Assembly: GCF_963921235.1 (NCBI RefSeq)
Contig: NC_086102.1
Coordinates: forward strand, 44,392,001-44,456,000
Source: Mobula hypostoma
Taxonomy: Eukaryota
Reading direction: 5' to 3'
Length of the DNA: 64,000 bases
Below the pieces are notes generated by a model. The model saw only the letters and a program-made list of their open reading frames with translations, made no database searches and was not told the DNA's origin. Of the stretch, positions 1 through 13,137 are shown piece after piece (the first letter of the stretch is position 1; each line of letters starts with the position of its first letter). The position numbers and the translations under genes were made by a program.

Positions 1-100
1 AGTTGAGAGGGATACTAAAATTAGCCATGATGGAATGATGGAGTAGTCTTGATGAGGGTAGGGGGAATCACCTCATTCTGCTCCTCATTTGTCTTGGGGT
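1..100 (+). mobile_element. CR1 LINE 3' end (truncated by window edge)
   Basis: ttagccatgatggaatgatggag...attctgctcct...gtct matches the 3' UTR of the longer CR1 copies here (e.g. 10960-11030, 20150-20230). Confidence 0.75.
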
Positions 101-777
101 CTTTTGGTTCAGCACACAAACTAGTTTATTGTAGCTGTATTTTGCATCAAAATATGAGTGTTTTGCTGAAATGATAGAAAATATGAGATAGCAATCAGTC
201 TCAAGAAAGAGGAAGTTTTAACCTTGGGAGAGGGTTTGGCAGATGTACCTTGATTTACATTGAGGGCTGCCAGTGATGAGACACTTTTTGCTGCGGGCAA
301 CTGTCGAGGATAGACATTTGTTAGAGAGCACTGCCTGCCAATGCTATCTGACAAATAGTACAGGAGATTACAGCATATTCCAACAGCCAGTGACAAATTC
401 AAAAATAATTTTTTTTATGGTCATCAAGGGAGGAAAATGGACAGCTGCCACAGCTATTTTTCACTCTCACCACTTAACAATTAGAAAGTTTGGCCCTGGT
501 GGATCATTGGCAGGGAATTGAAGGCCATAATCAGACACAACAGCAAAAGAGACTTAAGAGACCAAGTGACCTTTTCCCATTCTAAATTGCTATACCTGGG
601 TGACTTGTGAATCAACTCAATTGCTCATTAATTCAGCTTTTGACATAATTGGACCGTCAATTTTTAAAAATGACCAGCAACAGAAATGGTAGAGTTTTTT
701 TTTATTGAATCTCCACGGTTGTGACTCTCACAGATTGCCATTCTTTAATAAGTATATGAGAATAAAAACTGTAAACT

Positions 778-867
778 TGAAATAAAAGCAGAAGATGTTG
801 GATATTAAGTAATGCCGAGTCAGCATCTGTAAGCAAGACAGGCTAATACTCTAGGTGCATTTGCTTC
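778..867 (-). mobile_element. Decayed Penelope-like terminal repeat (pLTR) remnant
   Basis: aaataaaagcagaagatgttgga...cagcatctgt resembles the aaaatgctgga...gcagcatct pLTR motif at 13141-13190; heavily diverged. Confidence 0.4.
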
Positions 868-2151
868 ATGAGAACAGCGCAATAGTTTTTTTCCGCATGG
901 ATCACTGCTAGGATTAAAATACTGCTGACAGGAAAATGCAGGCTCCTCTCCCTTTAATGACAGATGGGTTTGAATTAAACTGCTGAGCCTGGGACAGTGA
1001 GAAGGATTGGATTTCTCTGCTCCACTCCCATAGCGACTCAACTTTCATTCCAAGAATAAAATTTACCTTCCACTCTGTAGGCTCAAGCACACAAATTCAA
1101 AAATTCGCGGCACTTGGAAAAAAATGAGAATTCTTTGCTAAATGATTATACTGAAATATTGACTTAGATATGCCAAAATGGTACCTTGTTGGGCTGTGTG
1201 AGGATTGACCTAGTCAAGTGTTAAATGTAGGAGCTGAATGAGAGAAGACTGACTGGAATAAGAGATATGGCCTTGCCAGACACTGACTGATGTGCGAATA
1301 CTTTGAATATTCCAAAAGATAGTGTGATTCCTGGCGGAGACATTTCTTTGATGTCTCTGTGGATAAATGTAGTACATGAATTCTGAGAGCAAAGAAGAGC
1401 TTCAAGTACTTCTTCTGTTAATTGCCTCATCCATGAAGGCATTTGACTCTTGTCTGGGACAGTTATGAAGCTGTTGGCTGTTTTCCAATACTGTGTCACA
1501 CTTGACAATGAATGCCAGCAGTCTGTTCAGTCCTAAAGTCTCCACAGCTGAGGCGGAACAACCTCGATTGATATTGATCTGTAAGCACTGCGGGGGAGTT
1601 GCTCGCTATTTTGTGGACTTCCTTTGTTTGGATTCAAAAGGTTATATAGGACCCAGCTGGTGCCCATTTGAGATCAGCTAACTCTGCATTGACTCTCCTT
1701 TTCAGCTTTTCACTGTGAGCATCCACTAAACCAAAGGTGTTTTGGTCTGATGTGAATCTTCACCTGATCTTTCAGTTACAGAGGCAGAAACCTGACAAAT
1801 CTGGGACTAGGGCAGGAAAACTGGAGGGGGGGGGGAAATCCCAAGATATTTTCCTTCCAATTTCCAACCAATGATGATTGCTGGGAAGTACAGCTTTACA
1901 GCATCGGGTGTGAACAATGCAATGGCTCCTGCAGTCGAATGCTCCACAGATATTTGACATATGAAGTTTGAAATAGTGGCCTAAATCATCATGGGGGAAC
2001 ACTAAAGACGAACATCATGCCAACAATAATTAAGGGAGGAAGCCTGGTGTCATAGGAAATGGGAATGGAAGGACGCCCCAATGCTTTAAGTGATGCACAC
2101 TCCGGCATCAGACGCAGATTAGTGCCTGCACAAACACTAGGAATGTATGAC

Positions 2152-2469
2152 AAAGATTAAGATTAGCCTTATTTGTCACATGTATATCGAAACATACATC
2201 GTTTCTGTGTCAATGACCAACACATTCCAAGGATTGTGCTGGGGGCAGCCTGCAAGTGTCACAAACAAACCTCTCTGGCACAAACAAGTATGCCTGCAAC
2301 TCATTAACCCTAACTGTACTCTTCATGAACGGGGGAGGAAACTGGCGACGTAGAGGAAGCCCCCACAGTCACAGGGGAGACATACTAACTCCTTACAGAC
2401 GGCGGGAATCCAACCGCGCGCGGGTGGTGATCGCTGGTGCTGTAAAGCCATTCTGCTGCCTTGGCACTC
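2152..2469 (-). mobile_element. tRNA-derived V-SINE (HE1-like)
   Basis: Minus strand has a degenerate tRNA head with B-box-like ggttggattccc, a V-domain-like core (ctgtaaggagttagtatgtctcccctgtgactgtgggggcttcctc...gtttcctccc) and a LINE-type tail acatgtgacaaataaggctaatctt. Confidence 0.75.
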
Positions 2470-3624
2470 ATCTAGAGTTAACATTTAAAACTTGTGATAT
2501 TGTGTTGGATGCACACACCCTCAAGCAGCATTTACCAGAATGAGATAAACTATAGTGTAAATGCATAAATTTCACTTTTATTTTTGCAGGGTTGTCTGGT
2601 AAATGTAATCCTTGGAGACAACATTAGAGATGATATTGACAGTCAATACGTCAATCTAAGCATCAAAAAGACATTACTCGAGTACACAGAATTGCATAGA
2701 CAATAGGACTAGACAGTTGTCTCAGGCTGAGTACAATTTACAGGAAATAATTTAGTCCATCATTACGTGAGCCTCAGGCTATTAAAGAAAATCAACGCTG
2801 TTAGTTCCTCCTGCATGGATATACCATCGAAGTGTTTCTCCAATATGCCTTTGCTACTTTCTAATAATTTGGAGTACTTCATAATTATACAGTAGAGTAC
2901 ATATCATAGGGTTGGACACAATAAGTATCTGCACAGGATTTGGAGTTCTTACATTATTACAGCAAAATCATGGAATAAAACTTTTACTTTGCCACCAATT
3001 TACAATCAAGGAAGATTATATTCTGATTTGGTTTGTTTTACATCTCTGATCAAATTCAAATGCCCAGCATTGTATATATGTATAAAAATGTCAATGTCAT
3101 TACAAGAACATAATGGCAAAACAAAAATGCCTTTTAAAAAAAAGTGTTTTGAAGAGTGGTTTTGTTAACGCAACTGGAAACACCTTAATCACAAAACATG
3201 CATTCCTAATCAGGTTATCAAATGTATTGTGTATCACTCTATTTTAATCAATGAACAAAATTCACAGAACCATCTCCCAGTTACATTGGTGTTTGATGGC
3301 AAGCCTCATGTAGAAGTCCTAGTGCAGGTCTGCAACTGAGCATGATTAGGTGAAATGCAAAATGATAAAATAGTAATGAATTCAATCTAGGATGCAGTTA
3401 AATTTAGAGGTGAAACAATGTACATTTTAAAACACACTTCATTAACAATGATGACAAGGCTTTAAAACCATATTACATGAACACTAGATGAAATATAGTC
3501 TTAAAGGTCCGAACTCGCCATTTAACATCATTTTGAATGGTTTTTAGCCAAACTTCTGCAGGTAATCAGGAGTCTGTAAAGACAAACCGCTACCTGCACC
3601 CCGCCCCCTTGCAATTAATGGTCA

Positions 3625-3832
3625 GGCCGTGACTGGTTGAGTCATTCCAATTCCTGGGGACGACCATTACCAGTATGATGAAGTGAGACAAGTCCTGATG
3701 AATTTTTACACTGATCAGCAGAGATTGTTCTTCCTTGCACCACCTTAGGAAGCTTAACACCTCAGGGCAAGTCCTGATGAATTTTTACTCAGCCATCATT
3801 GAGAGTGTTGTCACCACCTATATCACCGTTTG
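3625..3832 (+). mobile_element. Rex1/Babar-type LINE fragment (post-RT region)
   Basis: Frameshifted translation RLFFL..LRKLNTSGQVLMNFYSAIIESVVTTYITV is similar to the LYFLWRLRSFN..MFYESVVAS region of the copy at 8497-9610. Confidence 0.6.
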
Positions 3833-5245
3833 CTTCCTCCCTCTCCAAGTCTAGACTGCACTGTGGCAAAGAATTCCATATATTCACCATTCTCTGGCTA
3901 AAGAAATTTCCACCTCATATCCGTTCTAAAAGGACGCCTCTCTGTTCTGAGGTGTGTCCTCTGGTCTTAGATTCTCCCATCATAGGAAACATCTTCTCCA
4001 CATCCACTCTAACAAGGCCATTGGATAGGTTTCAATGAGGTCACCCCTCATTCATCTGAATTCTAGTGAATACAGGCCCAGAGCCATCAAACACTCGTCA
4101 TATGAGAAGCCTTTCAGTCCTGGAATAATTTCCGTTAACTTCCTTTTAACCCTCTTCAGTTTCAGCAAATCCTTTCTTAGATACGGAGCCCAAACCTGTT
4201 CACAAGTGCTTTATAAAGTCTCAACATTGTAACCTTGCTTTTATATTCTAGTCCTCATAAAATGAAGGCTAACATTGCCTTTGCCTTCCTCACCACAGAC
4301 TCAACTTGCAAATTAACCTTTAGGGAATTATGCACAAGGACTCCCAACTCCCTTTAAAAAAATAACCAACCCTTCCACTTCTTCTACCAAAGTGCATGAC
4401 CATACACTTCCCGACACTGTAGTCCCTCTGCTATTTCTTTGCCCATTCTCCTAATCTGTCCTTCTGTACCCTCTCTACTTCCTCAAAGCTACCTGCCCCT
4501 CCACCTGTCTTCATATTGCCTGTAGACTTTGCAACAAAGCCACCAATTCCATCATCCAAATCATTGACATATAATGTAAAAAGAATCTGTCCCAACATAA
4601 ACCCTTGCGGAACACCACTAGTCACCCGCAGCCAGTCAGAAAAGCCTCCCTTTATTCCCACTATTTACCTCCTGGCAATCAGCCACTGCTTTATCCAGGT
4701 TAGAGTCTTTCCTGTAATACAGTGGGCTCGTAATTTGTTAAGCAGCCTCATGTGTGGCACCTTGTCAGTGGCCTTCTGAAAATCCCAAGTACATAACATC
4801 AACCACCTCTCCTTTGATTATCCTGCTTGTTATTTCTTCAAAGAATTCCAATAGATTTGTCAAGCAAGACTTCTGACCACGGCCTATTTTACCATGTGCC
4901 TCCAAGTACCCCAAGACCTCATCCTTAATAATGGACTCTAACATCTTCCCAGCCACTGAGGTCAGACTGACTGGCCTATAATTTCCTTTCTTCTGCCTCT
5001 CTCCCTTCTTGAAGAGTGGACTGACATTTGCAATTTTCCAGTCTTCTTGAACCATTCAAGAATCTAGTGATTCTTGAAAGATCATTACTAATGCCGCTAC
5101 AATCTCTTCAGGGTCACCTCTTTCAGTACTCTGGGGTGTACATCGTCTGGTCCAGGTGACTTATCTACTTTCAGATATTTCAGTTTCCCAAGAACCTTCT
5201 CTCTAGTTTCGGTAACTTCACACACTTCATGCCTCCTGAAACCCG
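3833..5245 (-). mobile_element. CR1 LINE, RT region, degraded
   Basis: ORFs 4765-5055 (EDWKIANVSPLFKKG..NYRPVSLTS), 4431-4661 (GVPQG..YVNDLD) and 5097-5342 (KSPGPDDVHPRVLKEV). Confidence 0.92.
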
Positions 5246-5249
5246 GAAC

Positions 5250-7020
5250 TTTTACCTGGACCAAATGGATGACATCCCAGGGTTCTGAAGGAGGTAGCTG
5301 AAGAGATTGTGGAGGCATTAGTAATGATCTTTCAAGAATCACTGGATTCTGGAATAATTCCTGAGGACTGAAAAATTCCTCTCTATCACTCCACTCTTTA
5401 AGAAAAGTGGGAAGCAGAAGAAAGGAAATTATAGAGCATTTAGCCTGACGTCAGTGGTTGGAAAAATGTTGGAGTCGATTATTAAGAGTGAGGTTTCAGT
5501 GTACATGGAAGCACATGATAAAATACAATACTGTGCCAAAGTCTGAGACACATATGTAAAGCTAGGGTGCCTATGGCTTTTGCACAGTACTGAAATAATT
5601 TTAAGTTTTGCACTGTCCTGCTGCAAAAAAACAAATGTCAAGACATATGTGAATGATGATAAAACTGATTCTGATATAGGTCTCAGGTGTGAACTGGAAG
5701 TGGTAAGGGGGCGGGAGAAGGCAATCATGTTTGGGAAAAGGGAAAGGGAGGAAGGAGGGCGCAGGAAGCACCAAAGAGATATTCTGTAATGATTAATAAA
5801 CCAGTTTGTTTTGGAATCAAACGACCTTGCCTGGTGTTTTGTGGCTGGGTCAGTTTGAACCTGCACCCGGTATTCCTCCTCTGCCATCTGTCCCACAACC
5901 CTCTGGCAGGGCTTTGTCTTAGCCATTCACATGTATCCTTTGCTCCTGCCAGATTTACAAACTCACTTTACAAAAACCTGTTGGAATCCGTTGATAAAAT
6001 AACAGGCAGGATAGAGAAAGGAGAGTCAGTGGATGTTGTTTTCTCGAATTTTCAGAAGGCCTGTGACAAGGTGCCACACGTGATGCTACCCAACAAGATA
6101 AGAGCCCATGGAATTACAGGAAAGGTACCTGCATGAACAGAAGATTGGCAGATTGACAGGAGGCAAAAAATTGGAACAAAGGAGGCCTTCTCTGCTTGGC
6201 TGCCAATGACTAACGGTGTGCGGCAGGAGTCGGTGTTGGGACCGCTTCTTTTCACGTTGCATGTCAATGATTTGGATGAAGGAACTGATGGCTTTGTGGG
6301 CAAATTTGCAGATGATACAAAGATAGGTGGAGGAGAAGTAGTGTGGAGGGGCAGGTCATGTTGAGGAAGCAGGTTTTCTGCAGAAGAACTTTGACAGATT
6401 GGGGGATTGGGCAAAATATCGGCAGATGGAATATGATGTAGGGAAGGGGTATGGTCGTGCACTTTGGTTCAAGCAATAAAGGCAAGAACATATTATAGAT
6501 AGGGAGAAATTTTTTTAAAAATCAGAGGTGCAAAGGGACTTGGGAGTCCTCGTGCAGGATGCCCTAAAGGTTAACTTGCAGGTTGGGTCAATGGTAAGGA
6601 AGATTAATGCAATGTTAGAATTCATTTCAAGAGGACTAGAATACAAAAGCAAGGATGTAATGCTGAGGCTTTATAAGGCGTTGGTCAGCATACTTGGAGT
6701 ACTTAGAGCAGTTTTGGGCCCCTTATCTAAGTACAGGAGGTTCACAAGAATGATCACAGGAATGAAAGAGTTAACATATGAGGAGTGTTTGATAGCTCTG
6801 GGCCTGTACTCACTGAGGTGGAGGGGAGCAGGGGCATTGGGGATTTCAGTAAAATCTGTTTAATATTGAATGGTCTAGATAAAGTGGACATAGAGAGAAG
6901 TTTCCTATAGTGGGGACTTTAGGAGTCTAGGAACAGAGGATACAGCCTCAGAATTGAGGGACATCCATTCAGAACAGAGATAAGGAAAACTTCTTTAGTC
7001 ACAGGGTGAGATTCATTGCC
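5250..7020 (+). mobile_element. CR1 LINE, RT region, degraded, interrupted by a ~465-bp insert at 5526-5990
   Basis: HPRVLKEVAEEIVEALV.. at 5270-5340, FSNFQKACDKVPH at 6040-6080, KFADDTKIGG at 6300, QRDLGVLVQD at 6528. Confidence 0.9.
5526..5592. mobile_element. 67-bp Tc1/mariner-type MITE
   Basis: Imperfect ~26-bp TIRs caatactgtgccaaagtctgagacac / gtgcctatggcttttgcacagtactg; TA on the left flank, AA on the right. Confidence 0.7.
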
Positions 7021-7024
7021 ACAG

Positions 7025-8496
7025 ACAGACCATAACCACAAGACCATAAGACATAGGAGTAGAATTAGGCCATTTGGCCCATCGAGTCTATTCCACATTC
7101 AGTCATGGCTGATCTTTTTTCGCCTGCTTAGCCCCACTCTCCGGCCTTCTCTCTGTAACCTTTGATGCCATGGCCAATCAAGGACCTATCAATCTCTGCC
7201 TTAAATACAATCAACGCCCTGGCCTCCACAGCTACCTGTGGTAACAAATTCCACAAATTCACCATCCTCTGTCTGAAGAAATTTCCCTGCACCTCTGTTT
7301 TAAACGGACGCCCCTGTCCTGAGGCTGTGCCCTCTTGTGCTGGAGTCCCCTCCCATGGGAAACATCCTTTACACATCTACACTGTCTAGGCCTTTCAACA
7401 TTCAAAAAGTGTTAATGCGATTCCCCCTCATCCTTCTAAATTCCAGCAAGTACAGACCGAGAGCCATTAAACATTCCTCGTATGATAACGCTTTCATTCC
7501 CAGAATAATCCTTGTGAATCTTCTCTGAACCCTCTCCAACGCTAGCACATCTTTTCTTAAATGAGGAGCCCAAAACTGTTCACAATACTCAAGGTGAGGC
7601 CTCACCAGTGCCTTATAAAGTTTCAGCATCACATCCCTGCTCTTGTACCCTAGGCCTCTTGAAATGAATGCTAACATTGCATTTGCCTTCCTCACCACCG
7701 ACTCAACCTGCAGTTTAACCTTTAAGGCGTTCTGCACAAGGACTCCCAAGTTCTTTTACACCTCAGATTTTTAGATTTTCTCCCCATTTAGAAAACAGTC
7801 TGCACATTTATTTTTTTCTATCAAAGTGCATGACCATGCATTTTCCAACATTGTATTTCATTTGCCACTTTCTTGCCCATTCTCTGAATCGAAGTTCTTC
7901 TGTATCCTACCTGTTTCCTCAACACCACCTGCCCCTCCATCAATCTTCATATTATCTGCAAAGCTGGCAACAAAACCATCTATTCCATCACCTAAATCAT
8001 TGATATAGAGCATAAAAAGAGGTGGGCCCAACACTGACCCCTATGGAACACCACTAGTCACTGGCAGCCAACCAAAAAAGAATCTTTTAATTCCCACTCA
8101 CTGCCTCCTACCAATCAGACAAGACTTTAACCATGCTAGTAACTTTCATGTAATACCATGGGTTCTTAACTTGGTAAGCAGCCTCACATGTGGCACCTTG
8201 TCAAAAGCCTTCTGAAAATTCAAATATACAATATCCACTGCAACCTCTTTATCTATCCTACTTGAAATCTCCTAAAAGAATTTCAACAGGTTCGTCTGGC
8301 AGGATTTTCCCTGAAGGATACCATGCTGACTTTGTACTATCTTGTCCTGTGTCACCAAGTACTCCATCACCTCATCCTGAACAATTGGCTCCAACATCTT
8401 CCCAACCACTGAGGTCGGGCTAACTGGTCTATAGTTTCCTTTCTGCTGCCTACCTCCTTTCTTAGGGAGTGGAGTGACATTTGCAATTTTCCAGTC
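7025..8496 (-). mobile_element. CR1 LINE 3' part including 3' UTR; continues at 9611 after a Rex1 insertion
   Basis: 3' tail (agaccataagacatagg on plus); ORFs 7402-7749 (ALVRPHLEYCEQFWAPH) and 7128-7376; RT motifs at 7960-8250. Confidence 0.92.
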
Positions 8497-9610
8497 ATCG
8501 TTTTTGACTTCTCCAGTGCATTCAACACCATCTGCCCTGCTCTGCTGGGGGAGAAGCTGACAGCGATGCAGGTGGATGCTTCCCTGGTGTCATGAATTCT
8601 TGATTACCTGACTGGCAGACCACAGTACGTGTGCTTGCAACATTGTGTGTCCGACAGAGTGATCAGCAGCACTGGGGCTCCACAGGGGACTGTCTTGTCT
8701 CCCTTTCTCTTCACCATTTACACCTCGGACTTCAACTACTGCACAGAGTCTTGTCATCTTCAGAAGTTTTCAGATGACTCTGCCATAGTTGGATGCATCA
8801 GCAAGGGAGATGAGGCTGAGTAAAGGGCAACGGTAGGAAATTTTGCCACATGGTGTGAGCAGAATTATCTGTAGCTTAATGTGAAAAAGACTAAGGAGCT
8901 GGTGGTAGACCTGAGGAGAGCTAAGGTACCAGTCACCCCTGTTTCCATCCAGGGGGTCAGTGTGGACATGGTGGAGGATTACAAATACCTGGGGATACGA
9001 ATTGACAATAAACTGGGCTGGTCAAAGAACACTGAGGCTGTCTACAAGAAGGGTCAGAGCTGTCTCTATTTCTTCTGGAGACTGAGGTCCTTTAACATCT
9101 GCCGGACAATGCTGAGGATGTTCTACGAGTCTGTGGTGGCCAGTGCTATCATGTTTGCTGTTGTGTGCTGGGGCAGCAGACACCAACAGAATCAACAAAC
9201 TCATTCGTAAGGCCAGTGATGTTGTGGGGATGGAACTGGACTCTCTCACGGTGGTGTCTGAAAAGAGGATGCTTCTAAGTTGCATGCCATCTTGGTCAAT
9301 GTCTCCCATCCACTACATAATGTACTGGGTGGGCACAGGAGTACATTCAGCCAGAGACTCATTCCACCGAGATGCAGCACAGAGCATCATAGGAAGTCAT
9401 TCCTGCCTGTGGCCATCAAACTTTACAACTCCTCCCTTGGAGGGTCAGACACCCTGAGCCAATAGGCTGGTCCTGGACTTATTTCATAATTTACTGGCAT
9501 AATTTACATATTACTATTTAACTATTTATGGTTCAATTACTATTTTTTATTTACGGTGCAACTGTAAAGAAAACCAATTTCCCCCGGGATCAATAAAGTA
9601 TGACTATGAC
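8497..9610 (+). mobile_element. Rex1/Babar LINE, 5'-truncated, nested in CR1
   Basis: FFDFSSAFNT..LGEKLTAMQVD, GAPQGTVLSPFLFTIYTSD and QKFSDDSAIVG; ends aataaagtatgactatgac. Confidence 0.9.
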
Positions 9611-10800
9611 CATACCAGAGTCCAATGATTTTTGAAAGATCATGACTAATGTCTTCACAATCTCCACCGCTACCCCTTTCAGAACTCCAGTGTGCAGTTC
9701 ATCTGGTCTGGGTGATTTATGTACCTTCAGGTCTTTCAGCTTTTTGAGCACCTTTTCCCTTGTAATAGTAACTGCACTCACTTCTCTTTCCTAACACTCT
9801 TCAATACCTGATATACTGTCAGTGTCTTCCACAGCGAAGACTGGTGCAAAATATTCATTTAGTTCATCTGCTATCTCCTTATCCCGCTATTATTTCTCTG
9901 GCCTAATTTTCTAGTGGTCTTATATCCACATTCATCTCTCTTATTTTATTTTATATACTTGAGAAAGCTTTTTCTATCCACCTTGATACTGTTTGCTTGC
10001 TTGGTTTCACATTTTATCATGTCTTTTTTAAAGTTGTTTTCTGTAGATTTGTAAAAGTTTCCCAATCCTCTATCTATCTTCCTGCTAATTTTTGCTTTGT
10101 TGTATGCCCTCTTCCGCTTTTATATTAGCTTTGGCTCCCCTTGTCAGCCACAGTTGCACTATTTTGCCATTTAAGTATCTCTTTGTTTTTGGAATACATC
10201 TATCCTGTTCCATCCTCATTTTTCCCAGAAACTCAAGCCATTGCTGCTCTGCTGTTATCCCTGCCAGAATCTCCTTCCAATTTACTTTGGCCAGCTCCTC
10301 GCTCCTACCACTCCACTAAAACACTGCTATGTCAGATTTGACTTTCTCCCTATCAAATTTCAAGTTGATTTCAATCATATTGTCGTCACTGATTCACTGC
10401 TTCCTAAGGGTTCCTTTACCTTAAGCTCCCTAATCACCTCCAATTCATTATATAACACCCAATCTAGTACAGCAGATACCCTAGCAGGCCCAATGACAAA
10501 CTGCTCTAAAAAGTCATCTTGCAGGCTTTCAACAAATTCACTCTCCTGAGATCCATTATCAACCTGATCTACCTGCATGTTAAAATCTCTCATTACTATC
10601 ATAACATTGCCCTTTTGGCACTCCTTTTCTCTTTCTCATTGTAATCTGCAGTCCCGATCCCAACTACTGTTTAAGGCCTCTATATAGCTGCTCTCAGGAT
10701 CCCTTTACCCTTGCAGTTTCTTATCTCAACATCTTCCAATCCTATGTCAGACTTCTCTAATGATTTGATGCCATGCCGACCTTCCTATTCCTCTGATACA
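9611..10800 (-). mobile_element. CR1 LINE 5' continuation (EN C-terminal part/linker to RT start)
   Basis: ORF 9590-9781 (KSPRPDELHTGVLKGVAVEIV..FQKSLDSG) and ORF 10375-10602 (MRDFN..FLEQFVIGPAR..AVLDWVL). Confidence 0.85.
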
Positions 10801-10844
10801 ATATGTAACCTTGGCCATTCAGCTTCCAACTACACCCACCTTCA

Positions 10845-11035
10845 GGTAGTTGTGCAAGCAAAGTCATTGGGTATATTTAAGTCAGAGGTTGATAGGTTCT
10901 TGATTAATCAGGGCGTCAAAGGTTACGGGGAGAAGGTAGGAGAATAGGATTGGGAGGGATAATAAATCAGTCATGATGGAATGGTGGAGCAGACACGAAG
11001 GGCTTAATTCTGCTCCTATGTGTAATAGTTTTATG
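10845..11035 (+). mobile_element. CR1 LINE 3' end
   Basis: AKSLGIFKSEVDRFLINQGVKGYGEKVGE followed by the gtcatgatggaatggtggagcagac 3' UTR. Confidence 0.85.
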
Positions 11036-11199
11036 GACTACCAGTCATTTCCAAATTTCCTTTCCTGTGGCTATCTAGCCTCTCAACAAAACTCACTCAG
11101 GTGTAATACTCTAACTGTCCCTGCACAACATCTATTAACCGTCTTTCCTGCTCTCTTTATTCTGCTGATAATTATTTAGTCTGTTCATATGTTCACATT

Positions 11200-11400
11200 T
11201 ATGTAAGATTGATTATTGACATTTGGGATAATTGTTGATTGCTCATCATTGTTTACACAGGTGCCTTGTAACCTGTTGGTTGCTATTGTGTTGTCTGTTA
11301 TGGTATTATCCTGTGTTTTATGCTTGGCACCGAACCACAATCAGATCTGGTATGTTTCAAGTATTGGCAATAAAGTGATTCTGATTCTGAATCTGAAAGA
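11200..11400 (+). mobile_element. LINE 3' tail (Rex1/L2-type)
   Basis: T/G-rich UTR ending ggcaataaagtgattctgattctgaatctgaa. Confidence 0.5.
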
Positions 11401-12769
11401 AACTGCAATAAAACCCCAGGCTACCAATACAATGAGAAAGGCATTTTACATGGCCTCCAGCCAGAAAGAAACGGCAGCCTGTGGTGGCTCGGAGTACCTA
11501 CTGTCAACAGAAGAGGACACAGAGGCCTCCTTGCTGGAAGCATTTGAGTTACTTCCTTTATATCTCAATGTCACTGATTGTCAGAACTACCTGTGGCGAT
11601 AGCTCAGCAACCAAAATACAGCATCAACATGAGACATCTCATGCTTTCGCACACTGAAAAATTAATTTATTTCACAGTTCGAAAATGAGCTCACCTTTGA
11701 CAGAATCAACAACTTACAATTATAATTTTAGGAGCCTGAATTCCATAGAAAAAAAGCCGTATTTAAAAGAGAACATTGTTTTTCATATAGGTCAATGAAT
11801 TTACATTATAGGAATAGATAAGACTAGGGCCTATAAAGTGGTTTAAAAGATGCATTTACTGATAACAAGATGCATTTCAGGTAAAAACTTTGTTTGGGAA
11901 ATATTCCTAATGTTAGTATGTTTTTAATAAAATGAAAATAGTGAAAAATTCCATCATGGCTTCGCATATGAAAGATTATTAAATAAATCAAAAGCATAGG
12001 TTGCACAATAATAGGAAGGCACTATCTCTGGGGACAAATGCAGCAATAGGCATTGGAATCATGTGCAGTTATCTGTTGTATCCAAATGCTCCTTTCAGAA
12101 TGTCTTCTGCAAAAGTATTGCATAAGAGGCTTTTCTATATAACTGACACACTGGGTGTTAAGAGGCAGATAAAATGATGAATTGAGAATTAGCTGAAAGA
12201 GATTGCAGGTGAATTTGGATAAGCCTGGAAAACCACTTGGATAAATGCTCAGAACTTCAGCTGTGAACAATCTGCATCTAACTTTTGTGAAGAGACCAAG
12301 CTGGCAACTTGGCTTCCTAATACGGCACAGAAGGCAAACTGTACGGAAATTGGAAAATAAATCACAAAGTGACATAAACTGGTTAATTAACATAATATGC
12401 TGGAAATATTCTGTTGGTCAAGCAACAGAGAGAAAGAAACAGAGTTCATGTACCAAGTCAAAGGCAAACATTGGTTGAGAAATGTACCCGAGGTTAGTGA
12501 TGTTTTATGAAGGCAACTGACTTCATTTTCAGAGCAGGTTCTGCTCATCTGCAGGAGTGCTGCCAATGTATGATCCCTCATTTAATGCTGGGGTATCCCA
12601 GCATGGAAAGGTTTCCCTATTGGAATGCACAGCAACAGAGTAGAGCAATAGACACACCTGCACATCTGTGTATCACATAGGTGCAGCTGAATGCTTGTAG
12701 TTTCTTTGGACCACTGGCCATTGCCAGCATGAATCAGTCACTGTTTCATCCTTACACTACATTTTGTTT

Positions 12770-13110
12770 ATGCTCCATTTACAATATCCTCACATACTGG
12801 GTGACATTCAGATTTGGAAAGGGTGCAGACAAGAATTTACATGATTAATTTGCAGGTTAAACCATCTTCATTAAAAAGATGGGATCAAGAAATTAGGCTG
12901 CTACACTTTAAGGAGACGCAGCCTTAGGGTGACCTGATTGAGGACTAAAGAAATGATGAAAAAGCTCAACTGTGTTTGAATAGATATTTGTTTCTGCTAA
13001 ATGGGTTAGGAAGACCACGGGACACAATTTCAAGCCAAGTGCACTGGGAGGTATCGGGAAATAGTCCTGTTAAAGGGAATCATGCCCCATGGATCAGGCC
13101 GCTGGCTTGC
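12770..13110 (+). mobile_element. Old CR1 3' fragment
   Basis: Decayed ...LEXVQTRIY..LRGDLIEXXKMM..LFLLNGLGRPRDT resembling the CR1 C-terminus. Confidence 0.55.
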
Positions 13111-13137
13111 TTGGTGAACGTTTATTTGTTTTGGGGC

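Noticed and set aside
3691-3790. gtcCTGATGA words as hammerhead cores
   Set aside because: No stem II or GAAA follows; they are codons (VLMN) of a Rex1 fragment.
5516-6001. 10-bp direct repeat tgataaaata as a TSD of the 5526-5991 insert
   Set aside because: The right copy lies in sequence that already aligns with the CR1 continuation (TNLLEFFEEIT region), so it is probably coincidental.
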